Made by a program: the position numbers and the translations under genes. The notes beneath the pieces are model-generated. The model was not told the DNA's origin. It worked only from the letters and a program-made list of their open reading frames with translations, and ran no database searches. From Eledone cirrhosa (Eukaryota), in NCBI GenBank assembly GCA_964016885.1, contig OZ024742.1, positions 101,742,001 through 101,806,000 on the forward strand: 64,000 nucleotides of DNA, given 5' to 3'. The stretch's first letter is position 1. Every line of letters begins with the position of its first letter. Below are positions 49,991-64,000 of the stretch, piece by piece.

Positions 49991-51059
49991 AGAGCCTGTA
50001 TTTGAGTCATGAGTTTTTTTCTTCCCCTTCTTTTACTTATAATTTGAGACACAGAGTCGTCTAATTTACTGGAAAAAATTAATTAAAAGACATACAATAG
50101 AGAATTCCCTGCTGTGATTTTCTCTGCACTACCTTTGATACCACCTGTTGCCTTAATATCAGAACTGTCTCTCATTGTATTTTGGTGCCAAACCTCATTT
50201 TTAACAATGTCAGAGTATCTTGACACATAGTTCAGTGATCAATTTAGAAATATATGCACGTATGGATCTGTAACATCTGATAAAGTCGTAGATGCACTGT
50301 AGTGCCAATTTAAACCTGGCAGAGCCCATCTCTTCGCAAATTTCTTCTAGAGAGAGAGTTTATCTAAAATTCATTTCTGAAAATCATTGTGTTGGATTGG
50401 CAGTATTGGTAGAGCAGCAGACACCATGCTTTGCAGCATAGAGTTATGGCCCTTTATGTACTGCATTCAAATCCCGCCGAGGTTAACTTTGCCTTTCCAG
50501 GGTCAATATCTGGTGAATCCTTTATAAGAATGAAACTGAGAAAATATCCTCTTATAGTCACAGTTGCAGAATGAGATGTTAAAGAATTGATGTCTATAAA
50601 ACACATTCATCACCACCACCACCACCACCACCATTTTACATCTATTTTCTGCTTTTAGATTGGTTAGAAGGATTATCATATTCTGAGGCTAAACAGGTTA
50701 GATAAATATATCATGCTGATACATTCCATTTTAGCATGGTTTCTATGGTTGGATGCCCTTCCTAACACCAACACTACATGGCATGTACCAGATATGTTTT
50801 ATCGTTGCACCACCACTACCACCTGACAGGGTAGACTGGGTACTTTTTATTATAGTACCAGCACCACCACTTTAAATTTACAGAGTGGACTAAATGCATT
50901 TTATTGTAGCATCATCACAACCACTACAGTGGGTTGGGATTGTCAAATTAGTGGTTTACATCAAGACTGCATAAGATATTAAAGAGAAGGATGATGTGTT
51001 TTTAACAGAGTCTACAATCTTAGGTTTGAAAATCAACAGTTGCTGTCCCAATCTACTTA

Positions 51060-51341
51060 GAAGGGTCGGCTGAAAAGTTCATAGGCTGACTATGAAGGAT
51101 TGATGTTAGATGTGTGAAATCTTGCATGAATTAATTTCAACTCTTCTTATTAATAACTGCATTGTCTTTCCAAGGACCATGAAGGAGTTATGCTAGAGCT
51201 GTGAAATCTTGCATGCATTAATTTCAACTCTTATTAATAACTGCATTATTTCTTTCCAGGGACTATGTTGAAAAATAAACCTCATTTAGTCATTCCATGA
51301 GAGTATCTTAGTCAGCCTATGAACTTTTCAGCTGACCCTCA
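51060..51341. mobile_element. Mariner-type MITE with an internal ~88-bp duplication
   Basis: ~30-bp TIRs AGGGTCGGCTGAAAAGTTCATAGGCTGACTA / TAGTCAGCCTATGAACTTTTCAGCTGACCCT flanked by TA. Confidence 0.85.
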
Positions 51342-54026
51342 TAACTCTATGTTCATTCTGAATGGCTTTGTAAAATATTGTTAAGGTAGCTCATTGTCTT
51401 TTATTCTATATATATATGTTTGTCCATCACTGAATTAAATAAAGCTAATAATTCAATGAATCTAAAAATATTATCTTTTGTTGAGCATTAGATTCATGTA
51501 TAGCAAGATTAAGACTGTTATAAAACTGTTAAGGCTCTTATAAAAGTGATAAATTTTTCTAAAACTCTCTGCCAGTATTTCTGTTTCTTTTCTATTAGTA
51601 TGTGATTAGTCTATTGTGTTACCTTTCATCTATTTGAAGTAATTATATCTACACAATAAGTCAAACAGCCAGTCAGGTGAGCACACATTAAAGTGGTAGT
51701 GCTGGTGCCATGACTAAAAGCACCTAGTCCACACAGTAAAGTGGTGCCATGACAAAAAGCACCCAGTTTAACCTTTAAGGTGGTTATGCTGGTGTGCCAT
51801 GACAAAAAAACACCCAGTTCATTCTGTAAGGTGGTAGTGCTGGTGTCATGAAAAAGCTCCCCGTAAACACTGTAAAGTGATTGGCATTAGGAAGGGCATC
51901 CAGTCATAGAAAACCAAATCAAAAATGGATTGTATGAGCATGACATGGTACCTGACCTGCTTGACCTCATAATGTGATAGCCTTTCTAACCAATGCAAGC
52001 ATGGAAAATAAACATAAGATGGTGATAATGATTATGATGATGATAATGAGGATGTTGATGTTCTTTTGAGATGCTATCAGGGTTAACATCTGCAATCTTT
52101 ACTGTCCTTGTTAAAGATTTTGCTTCAAGTAATATTAGTAAATAAGTTGCAACAGAAAGAAGAAGAAAAAACAAAAAACAGAATCTGCCCATGCTGTAAA
52201 TGTGGTTGGCATTGGGAAGGGCATCCAGTCATAGAAACCAAGCCAGGAACAGTTCTATACGAACAAGACATGGTCACCTGTCTCACAACCAGACAACTCA
52301 TCTAAACCATGCTTGCATGGAAAATGGACATTAAACAGTCATGATGATGTTTATTGAATATTGTAGCCATCAACTATGACCAAAGTGATGTATCTGTAAT
52401 TTTCTTTGACCATGTTACAGAATTAGTGTAAATAATTTCTCTTGACAGAATTGGTAGAGCATCAGATAAAAATGCTATTGCAGTATTCAGTTACAGCTTT
52501 CTACATACTGTGTTCATATCTCACCAAGGTCAACTTTGTCTTTCATCATTCTAGGGTCAATAAAATGAAGTACCAGTCAAGTATTGGGGTTGATTTATAT
52601 TACTCTATATTTATTATTGTATTTTCACAGAAAAGGCATAATTATCTCACATAATATTGAATCTACAAGATTTTGATATTTATTTTGAGAACAATACCTT
52701 CAAGCCGGTTTGAACAGAAAGAAGTGAGAGAATTCTGGCCAGATACGACCGGTTTAAATGCTAAAGGGTTAATCAACTTTGCTCTTCTCCCAAATTTTCT
52801 GGCCTTGTGCTTAAGTTAGAAATCAATTTATTGTTGAAACATTGACCAATTATTTTTATTTGCTTCATTAGTGCTTTTTACAAGAGTATCTGACATGATG
52901 TTAGAATTATTAGCCATAAGCTGTTGCCATAAAGTTGTTAAAGACGTTTGAGTTATTAGCCATAAGTAGCTGCCATATTAAAGTTTCAACCAACTTCCTT
53001 ATCTTCCAGACATATGGGCAACTTTTGATGAAACATTCCTTCATCCGATGAATTGAATGAAAAGATAATACAAAACCACTGCGTCATGATAAGAGCTACT
53101 TATCTCTAATACTTACATCTTCTTCCGGTGGAACATTATCTGACAATATATGTCTCTTGTAAATTGATTAAAATATTATATCTGTAACTTTCTTTATCAC
53201 TGCAAAGTGGATAGCAATAGTTTGCAAATTAAATGCAATTGAATTGCTTTGAGAGCTTATATCACTAAAGTTAGAGATTATTGGGTAATATGTGTTCAAT
53301 GAAATAGAAGTTCAAAATGAAAAACTTTCATCAAACTTACACAAAATAAATTGCAATGAACCCCATTTAACAACTACTTTTTAAAGTTTAGCATGTCCTT
53401 TCCCATTCCCAGTGCTGCTACTTCTTAGGCAACCATTTTGGTTTGCCTATTAGATGGACTGGCCCTTCATCAGTGCAGTAATTAAAAGGTTTTATTTGTT
53501 AGGTTTGTCAGAGTTAGGGTAAAAGTAATAGTAGCCGTGCCATAGGATCTCACAACAACATAGGTTTTGATAATTAAAATTGAGAGATCTTTCCAGTCAT
53601 TAATAATGTGTTCTAAAGTAAAATGTCAATGAAGGAATTTCTCTTTAAAAAGGAAGAACATTTTAGATAATATAGTCCTGGGTATATTGTCTGAAAATAA
53701 GGTGTGGTGGTCATAGCCAGAACACATTTGATTATAGGTTTGCTTGATCAGAGCTGACATAGGTTAAACAACAATAATTTCTATCACAGGCATGAGTATA
53801 GTTGATTATATCATCTTCCAGGACATAACTGGTACTCTGTTTTATAAATTTTGGAGGATGAAAGGAAAAACAATTAAGTTTGGAGGAGTTTGAATTCAGA
53901 AAGTAAAAGGATGTGACTCAATATCGCCTCTCTGCCACTCAAAAAGATTGCCTTAGCATGTTCACCTATCATAGCCTATAGTCCAAGGAAGGAAATGATA
54001 TATAAGAATGATATATCAAATGATAT

Positions 54027-54907
54027 ATACCTTATATACTCGTATATAAACCTAGAAATATGTGGGGGAAAAAATCAATGGGAGTGGGTTGCTTATATTT
54101 GAGGTCAATATTTTGCTGATTTTCACTGACTTCAAATTCTACATAAATGACATGCTAAAATTTCTGGAGTGATTATTTTACAATGAAACACATTTTTTCT
54201 ATATTTACTACATCACCATTAGTGTTATTTATGCATTATCTTGAAAATATTTCCACCAAATATTTATAACTTTAACTTTTGAATATGTAAATATCCCATA
54301 CACATACATGCATGCACACATTCACGCATACTCATGCATACACGTGATATGCACACACGTACACACACATTTGTTTTTCTCTGACTTAATGATGCTTTTT
54401 CTTTCAATCTTATATAAGATTAAAATCTTACTTCTGACTTGTGATTTATTGCTCTCACTCTCACTCTCTCCCTTCTTACTCTGCCTCTCCTCTCTCTAGC
54501 TTGCAATCCCCCCCCCTCCCTCCCTCTTTTACTCTATGAATCCTTGTATAAAATTCTCTTATTCAATCTCTTGCTTTCAACTATTCCCAGTATATGAATA
54601 AACAAAAATTAAAAAAACTTGTTGAAACATTATAAAATGGATACAATTGTAAAACTGCATTACATAACAGAGTTGTGAAACAAAAACTATCTTCTAAATG
54701 ACACTTAAAACATTTTTAACATCAAAATATTAAAACTTCATAAATATATTTTATACTCATGAGAATGTCAAAACCACACCATCAAAACATAATGTGTTGA
54801 TTAGTTGCCTTGGCTTATAAATGGGATTTGGATTTTTGCCCATTTTTCAGACATAAAATAGGGGGTGTCAGCTTATTTCAGATTGCCTTATTTGAATATA
54901 TAAAGTA
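54027..54907. mobile_element. Degenerate Tc2/pogo-like DNA element
   Basis: Left end TACCTTATATACTCGTATATAA and a degenerate inverted right end (GCTTAT...TATATAAAGTA). Confidence 0.4.
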
Positions 54908-55089
54908 GATATCATACATCATATATAGATACCAAAGAGGTAATCTCTGTATACTCACCCATCACAGACTACAGCCCAAGGAATGAAAGGATATTTAGAA
55001 ATAATATATCAAATGATATATAGATATATATGGTATTTCATATGATATTTCATATGAAATATCATTTGATATATCTTATATACATCTAG

Positions 55090-55850
55090 GAGGCACCTCT
55101 TAACCACTATACCCCCACCCACCCACTCTTGTCCACACCACCCTTACACTGTGAACAAAACATACCTAGCCCACACTGTAAAGTGGTCATGTAGGTGTCA
55201 CAACAAAAAGCAGCCAGCCCACGCTGTCAATGGTTGTGTAGGTGTCACAACAAAAAGCAGCCAGCCCACACTGTAAAGTGGTCATGTAGGTGTCACAACA
55301 AAAAGCAGCCAGCCCACACTGTCAATGGTTGTGTAGGTGTCACAACAAAAAGCAGCCAGCCCACACTGTCAATGGTTGTGTAGGTGTCACAACAAAAAGC
55401 AGCCAGCCCACACTGTAAAGTGGTCATGTAGGTGTCACAACAAAAAGCAGCCAGCCCACACTGTCAATGGTTGTGTAGGTGTCACAACAAAAAGCAGCCA
55501 GCCCACACTGTAAAGTGGTCATGTAGGTGTCACAACAAAAAGCAGCCAGCCCACACTGTCAATGGTTGTGTAGGTGTCACAACAAAAAGCAGCCAACCCA
55601 CACTGTCAATGGTTGTGTAGGTGTCACAACAAAAAGCAGCCAGCCCACACTGTCAATGGTTGTGTAGGTGTCACAACAAAAAGCAGCCAGCCCACACTGT
55701 AAATGTGGTTGACATTAGAAACCTAGCCAGAAACAGTTCAATATGAATAAGACACGGTCATCTAACCCAACTTGTCTCAAATAGGGCAACCCGTCTAACC
55801 TATGCTAGTGTGGAAAATGGATGTTAAACGATGATGACGATGATGATGAT
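55090..55850 (+). mobile_element. RTE 3'UTR fragment with ~13 internal 39/40-bp tandem units
   Basis: Units CCCACACTGT(AAAG/CAA)TGGT..TGTAGGTGTCACAACAAAAAGCAGCCAG within an otherwise normal RTE 3'UTR and (GAT)n tail. Confidence 0.88.
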
Positions 55851-56651
55851 ATATATATATATCAATGATTTATAAATACATTACATCATATATAGATACC
55901 AAAAAAGTAGCCTGTTTTTGTTTACCCATTATAATCCACAGTCCAAGGAGAAAAATGATATATAGATGCACTAATTCTAAATATAAGATAGTAAGGTCAC
56001 AGCACATATGGAACACTCATGTATATTGGGAATCAGATCGTATTTAAGGCTAAAAAAAATTAGGTGTTCAGGTCATGGTTGTAAGTTCATATGTTTGATT
56101 CTCAACAGTGTATTGCATCCTTGAGCAAGAAACTTTATTTCATGTTACTCCAGTCCACTCTGCTGGCAAAAATGAGTTTTACCTGTAATTCAAGGGCAAG
56201 CCATGTCACACACTAAATCACACTGAATCTCTCTGAGAACTACTACATGTGTCTGAGGAATACTCAGCCATTTGCATGATAATTTCATGAGCAGGTTGTT
56301 CTGTTGATCACATCAACTGGAATGCTCTTTGTTGGAACCAATAGAGATATAACATGCTGTTGTGTGTATAATGTTTTAATGTTTAACACTTTTGATACTA
56401 ACCAGCCCTAATCTACCTCTATGAAACAAATAGTTATCAATTGAACTAATCAACAAGATTCCAGACTTCATTCGCTTAACAAGTGAGGTGGAACTTAACA
56501 AATTGGACCAAGGAAACAATGTTTTCCATTGGCCTTTCCATTGCTGATACTATCTACTGGTCACAACTCCTGGGAGAAAGAGCAATGTGAAATAATGGGT
56601 CTTGCTCAAGGACATAACGCATCACCCAGTCTGGGAATCAAACTCACAATC

Positions 56652-57651
56652 TCAGAGGGTTCTATAGAAATAGTGGACAGCTTCCGTTACCTGGGCGATA
56701 AAATCAGCAGTGGGGGAGGGTGCTCCGAAAGTACTGTAGCTAGAGTCAGAACTGGTTGGAAAAAGTTCAGAGAGCTTATACCACTATTAGCTGCTAAAGG
56801 GTTCTCCCTAAAAATGAAAGGCAGGTTGTACGATGCCTGCATACGAACAGAAATGCTGCATGGCAGTGAGACCTGGGCATTGTGTGCAGAGGATATACGC
56901 AGACTAGAGAGGAATGAAGCTTGCATGCTCCGCTGGATGTGTAACAGTAATATACGTGAACGGCAAAGCATAAACGAACTAAGGAAAAAATTAGAGATAA
57001 GAGGGATCAGATGTTGTTTACTCGAGAGAAGGCTACGTTGGTATGGACACGTGATGCGCATGAAAGTCGATAGCTGTATAACAAAGTGCAGGGCAATAAA
57101 GATAGACGGTAGTCACGGAATAGGCAGACCTAGAAAAACCTGGGACGAGCTGATAAACTCCGACATCACACACTTACACCTCTCCAAGACAATGTCACTG
57201 GACCGAGACCTTTGGCGGTACTCAGTAACAGAGAAGACCCGCCTTACCTAAATATATAGTAAAACCTACTCCAGCCAGTAGGGATCTCTAACAAAATACA
57301 CCCCGTCCCACCACCACCACCCCCACCCCATCCACACCACCCCGTTCTATGTAAAGTTATGTTGGTGCCGCGCCATCGAGGCTGAAACAAATGAGATCGT
57401 GTAGGTGTCACGACAAAAAAACACACAGTCCACGCTGTAATGTGGCCGTGTAGGCAACACGGTAAAAACCTCCCAGACCCACACTGTAAATGTGGTTGGT
57501 GTTAGGAAGGGCATCCAACTGTAGAAAACCTGCCAGACAGTCCTATGCGAGCAAGACAATCACTCTTGCCTCAAGTGGGACTACCCCCGTCCAAACCCAT
57601 GCAAGCGTGGAACACGGACGTTAAACGTTGATGATGATGATGATGATGAAT
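56652..57651 (+). mobile_element. 5'-truncated RTE LINE inserted into a minus-strand family B SINE, with a 9-bp TSD
   Basis: ORF 56529-57251 becomes RTE from EGSIEIVDSFRYLGD onward; CTCACAATC at 56643-56651 and 57652-57660; the SINE continues on both sides. Confidence 0.92.
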
Positions 57652-58454
57652 CTCACAATCATGAATCCAATTCTATAACCACTAACCACATGCCGTCACT
57701 ATATGAAACAAAACCACCTATTATAAAGGGTTCCTATTTAAGTTAAAACCTTTCAGTATGATTTATATAAAAACATTTTATTGTTACAAATAACATCTTA
57801 ATTAAAATATAAAGTATTTCATTACAAATACAGAAATGAAAAGGTTAAAATATTCTAAGGTGTTATGAGGACCCTTCAGTTTTTGTCAAAAGACATAACT
57901 TCTCCTTTCTACTTGATATGACCATAAAGTGGGATATATACCTCACAGCCTGTCTGGGAGGTCAGTAACCCCACTTCAGTACTGACTTGGTCTATGTAGA
58001 CCCATCCAACCTTTGTTAGCAGGGAAAGTAGACATTAAATGATGATGATGATATTGTTGTGTATACAAAACTTGGAGTGTGTGTGTGTGTGGGGTGGGGG
58101 TGGGGGGGTCATAGATGAGGGAGGTGATATGAATTAAAAGGAATGTAGATTTATTGTCAGAATGATATAGTTTAGCCAGTCAGCCTTTAGGGTTGTTTCA
58201 GGGAGATGTGGAGGAGTGGGAATGTTGAGTCTATTATAAATGAGGATATTGTGTAAGGACAATAAGGTTAAATGTATATATTATGGTTGCTATGGTAAGA
58301 GTGCTTGTATGGGAAATATGTATGTAGTAAGATTGAACTTCAATGGAGGGGGGTGGGGGTGGAAGTCAAGGAATGGGGTTAGTTGTGGCCTTTTTCAGTA
58401 GTTTCTTTTATGGTTGATTCCAAGAAACTAGTTGATTGCCTATAATTTATAGTG

Positions 58455-60780
<2,326 letters not shown>

Positions 60781-62719
60781 GAAAGAAAGAGAGAGAAAGA
60801 TAGAGCAATAGAGAAAGAAAGAGAGAGTAAGATAGAGCAATAGAGAAAGAAAGAGAGAAAAATAGAGGAAGAGAGAGCAATAGAGAAAGAAAGATAGATA
60901 AATGGAGAAAGCATGTTTGTGTATGTGAGTGAAACAGAGAGGAAGAGAGAGAGAGTGTCTATGTGTGTGTGTGTTCTTGCACTTATATGTGTGAAACAGA
61001 GAGGCAGAGAGAGAGAGAGAGACTGTGTATGTGAAAGAGAGAGAGAGAGAGAGAGTGTGTGTGTGTATAGTAAGAGTGATAGACATGAAATATGTATGAA
61101 GCTTGAACTTTAATGAGAAGGCTGGAAGGCAAGGCAATGGTAGTTGGTTATGGGGATTTCTTGCACTTTAATTCTACTATTATTTCCCACAATTGGATAT
61201 CAGCATCTATAGTTTATAGTAAAGGCGCATGGTCTAATGTTTAGGGTGTTGAACCCATGAATGTAAGGTTGTGGGTTCGATTTCTGGACCAGGTAATGTT
61301 CTTGAGCTTTATTTCAAGCTGCTCCCTTTGCCAAGAGTTGCAGCCAGCAGATAATATCAGCAATGGAAAGACCAAAGGAAACATTAACCCTGTTTGTACC
61401 TACTTTATCTATGGTCATGAATCTCAGGTAATGACCAAAAGAATATGATTGATAATAATAATAATATTTTTTAAAGTTATGGTCTAAATATCACCTTAAG
61501 TTATTTTATTGAATTCCTTTAGTTTTTTTGGTTATTTTCAAAATTAATTGAAACACAGTCAGTGTATTTTCATTAGAAATACAGTAATGAAAATATTATA
61601 AATTGATGTCTTTTATCTAATACTACAAGTTTTTCACAATAATATGTCCTCTAGTAAAGACACTATAAACATTTGAATTAACAAACCTATTTTAAAGATA
61701 TTTTCTACTAAATCATTACAAGATGCTAGAGTTAATAAAGTTATAATTTGGCAGTAATGGTAGAGTGTTGGACAAGAGGCTATGTGGCATATAGTTACAG
61801 CCTTTTACATTCTGAGTTTAAATCCTGCTGAGGTTAGCTTTGCTTTTCATCCTTACAGGATCGATAAAATAAAGTACTGGTAATGCACTAGGGTCAATTT
61901 AATAGACTTTTCCCTTCCCTTCAAATTGCTGGCCTTGTGCCAAAAGTAAAAACAATTATTATAGCTGCAGAAGAAAGCCAGAGAGGCAGGGTGGGAGAGA
62001 GAAAGAAAGAAAGAAAGGAAGGTCATGGTATGAGAAACTGTAATACTGTGACCTTGTTAAATAGATTAAAGTTTAATGTATTCAATGAAAGTAAGTTTAT
62101 TGATCATCAGAAAGCTTTGTTCTGAATGTGTCAGATGTCAGTAATTTAAGATGTACCACATTAATTTCTCCCCCTTTTCATTAGCACCACAGGCCATCAA
62201 CACCACCGCCACCATCATCACCACCACCATTACCACCTCCTCATCCTCAATCTCACCCCCTCACCCTCCTCATCCTCCAAAACCAACTCTTAGTCATCAT
62301 CATCAGTAGCAGCAGTGGCAACATCCACCCCTTCTTCTTCTTCTTCTTCTTCTTCTTCTTCTTCTTCTGTAAGAAGGAAGTTCTCTACAACACAAGAGAT
62401 GCTGTACAAGCAACAATGGCCAATCCTCTTTCACCATTGGTCCCTAACCTGGCAAAGTCAGCAGCTTCACTAAATATAATATTACATCTGGCTAGGTCAC
62501 CTTTAACATAGGAAATATATCTCTTCTTTCTTGCAAATCTCCCACAATATCATTACACTCTGTAGCTTGATATTTTCCTGATATTCAAAACAAGTGCCCA
62601 ATAGTATATTTGGTTTTCTTAAAACACCCACAATAAGAATTAATCTTCTTGAATGTAAAATGCTATCAGCTGAGAAAGTCTTTTGCAAATAGCTGGACAT
62701 AGAGAAATGTAACTAGTCT

Positions 62720-63930
62720 ATTTTTTTTTTTTCAATATATTAAATAAAATTTTATTCATAGTTGCACAAACAACATTACAAATCATTTGCAATTCCTTCA
62801 GAATGAAAGTATAAACAGAGCATATAAGTAAATTTACAGTAGAACAACATAACAAATATGTTTTAAATATATACATAAATAACATTACAAATGCTTCGGT
62901 AACACTATAAAGGATGATAGAATGAAAGATATATTCTTTTAATGTTACAATATTAAAGAAAATGTAAAGGAAGGGGTGAACAACGGAGCCAACACCAGAG
63001 CAAAAGACAGCAACGTCGCGAGTACTGGGCAACCTCTCTAATGATTTTTGAGGCAACCCAGCACAATTGCAACATTGCCTCAGGTGATGGCGAGGCTGAT
63101 GCGCTGAAACAGCCAAGCACCCTCGCGAGATTCGCCAGTCTTCCTCTATTAGGCGAGCCGCCAGTGAGGAAAGGAACCTCACAGTCAGTGGCCCGACTCC
63201 CCCAAACGTCTCGAAAGCCTCAGGCTGAAAAGTGTAGCTGGCCGACAGATCAGAGTATTTGAGGGTCTTACTCCACTCGGCTGCAGAAGCTGTGGCTCTC
63301 ATCCTAACCGCAGCATCCAGGATGTGGGAAAGAGCAAAAGAGTCACTAACAGTGACGTCCCAGACAAGGACCTGCCTCTCGACCAGGGGCACAGGGTAAG
63401 ACCGTCAGGTCTTTTGCCGTCACTTCTGGACAACCCAGATGGTTCCAAGACTGAGGGGATATTCGCCCGGGCCAAAGCTCTCTTCAGAATGAGGTTTAGC
63501 TCCGTGTGACGTGCGAAACGGCCGGCATTCAGGCGGCAAGAAAGACCGTGGAGGCCTGTAGAGTCGAGGAGTTTGCCACATTTGGCACCTCAAACCCATG
63601 AAGACGTCAGCTCCCACTCTGAGGGCGATGGAGACATGAAGTTCGTCCAGGCTGAGTAGGCCACCAACGTTGGCCACGGGTAGGGCATCGACCCAGTCGA
63701 CTGAGTATTAGGCGCTGCCAGATAGTAAGTGGCACCTTGCAAACTGATCTGACTGGATGAAGAGGGAGTCGAAGGTGGCCTTCGAACTTATGCTGTCCCA
63801 AGCTCTCTGACTTTGACTGTCCTCCACCTTCTCAGGAAGAGACAAGCCTAACTCACTCCATTGCTGGAGAGCTTCACCCAACTCCCTATTGGAACTAGTC
63901 CATGTTGGAGAGGAGAGGATGCTGTTCATA
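62720..63930 (-). mobile_element. CRE-clade non-LTR retrotransposon 3' part with poly(A) tail
   Basis: Zinc-knuckle region, [31 protein letters not shown]; poly(T) on the + strand at 62721-62732. Confidence 0.88.
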
Positions 63931-64000
63931 ATATATTCTGGGATAGTTTTCCTAGATTTAACCCTTTTGATATCAAACCTCTTGAAACCACTCCTGATTC

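Noticed and set aside
54940-55000. Apparent minus-strand GTGAGT donor
   Set aside because: Part of a ~100-bp local repeat also present near 53950 and 55900; no coding exon found.
55170-55710. CRISPR-like regular repeats (also 7880-8230, 28140-28540 and the 27-bp array)
   Set aside because: Contiguous tandem units without unique spacers, eukaryotic context, no cas genes; the ~40-bp arrays derive from the RTE 3'UTR.
62503-62700. Short minus-strand ORF or possible exon next to the CRE poly(A) tail
   Set aside because: No recognisable domain and weak splice signals.

Overview
Eukaryotic, AT-rich, repeat-dense animal DNA. The mix of RTE LINEs with (GAT)n tails, tRNA-derived SINEs and abundant (TA)n/(CA)n microsatellites suggests a coleoid cephalopod such as Octopus; this is inference, not verified. 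Two host genes can be supported. (1) The last seven coding exons of an MDC1-like tandem-BRCT gene (+, 3539-12057). The ORF track misses most of it. Its final intron is a minor-spliceosome (U12) AT-AC intron, and it includes a 26-nt microexon. (2) An intact, intronless TRAPPC6/Trs33 gene (-, 22915-23382). The 1178-aa ORF at the window start is a 27-bp minisatellite just upstream of an MDC1 splice acceptor. The rest is mostly mobile DNA: RTE LINEs with a PHD-like finger inside ORF2, CRE-clade RLE retrotransposons, Tx1/L1 fragments, several SINE families, hAT, mariner and piggyBac-like MITEs, and satellites. The most notable unannotated structure is a cluster at about 33.2-37.1 kb with three different Penelope-type hammerhead ribozyme motifs. 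One lies in a ~420-bp, apparently non-coding, partial-tandem unit resembling a retrozyme. A TSD-flanked tRNA-Gly/RTE-tail chimera, possibly a newborn SINE, with a GCC-to-GTC anticodon change lies in an MDC1 intron.
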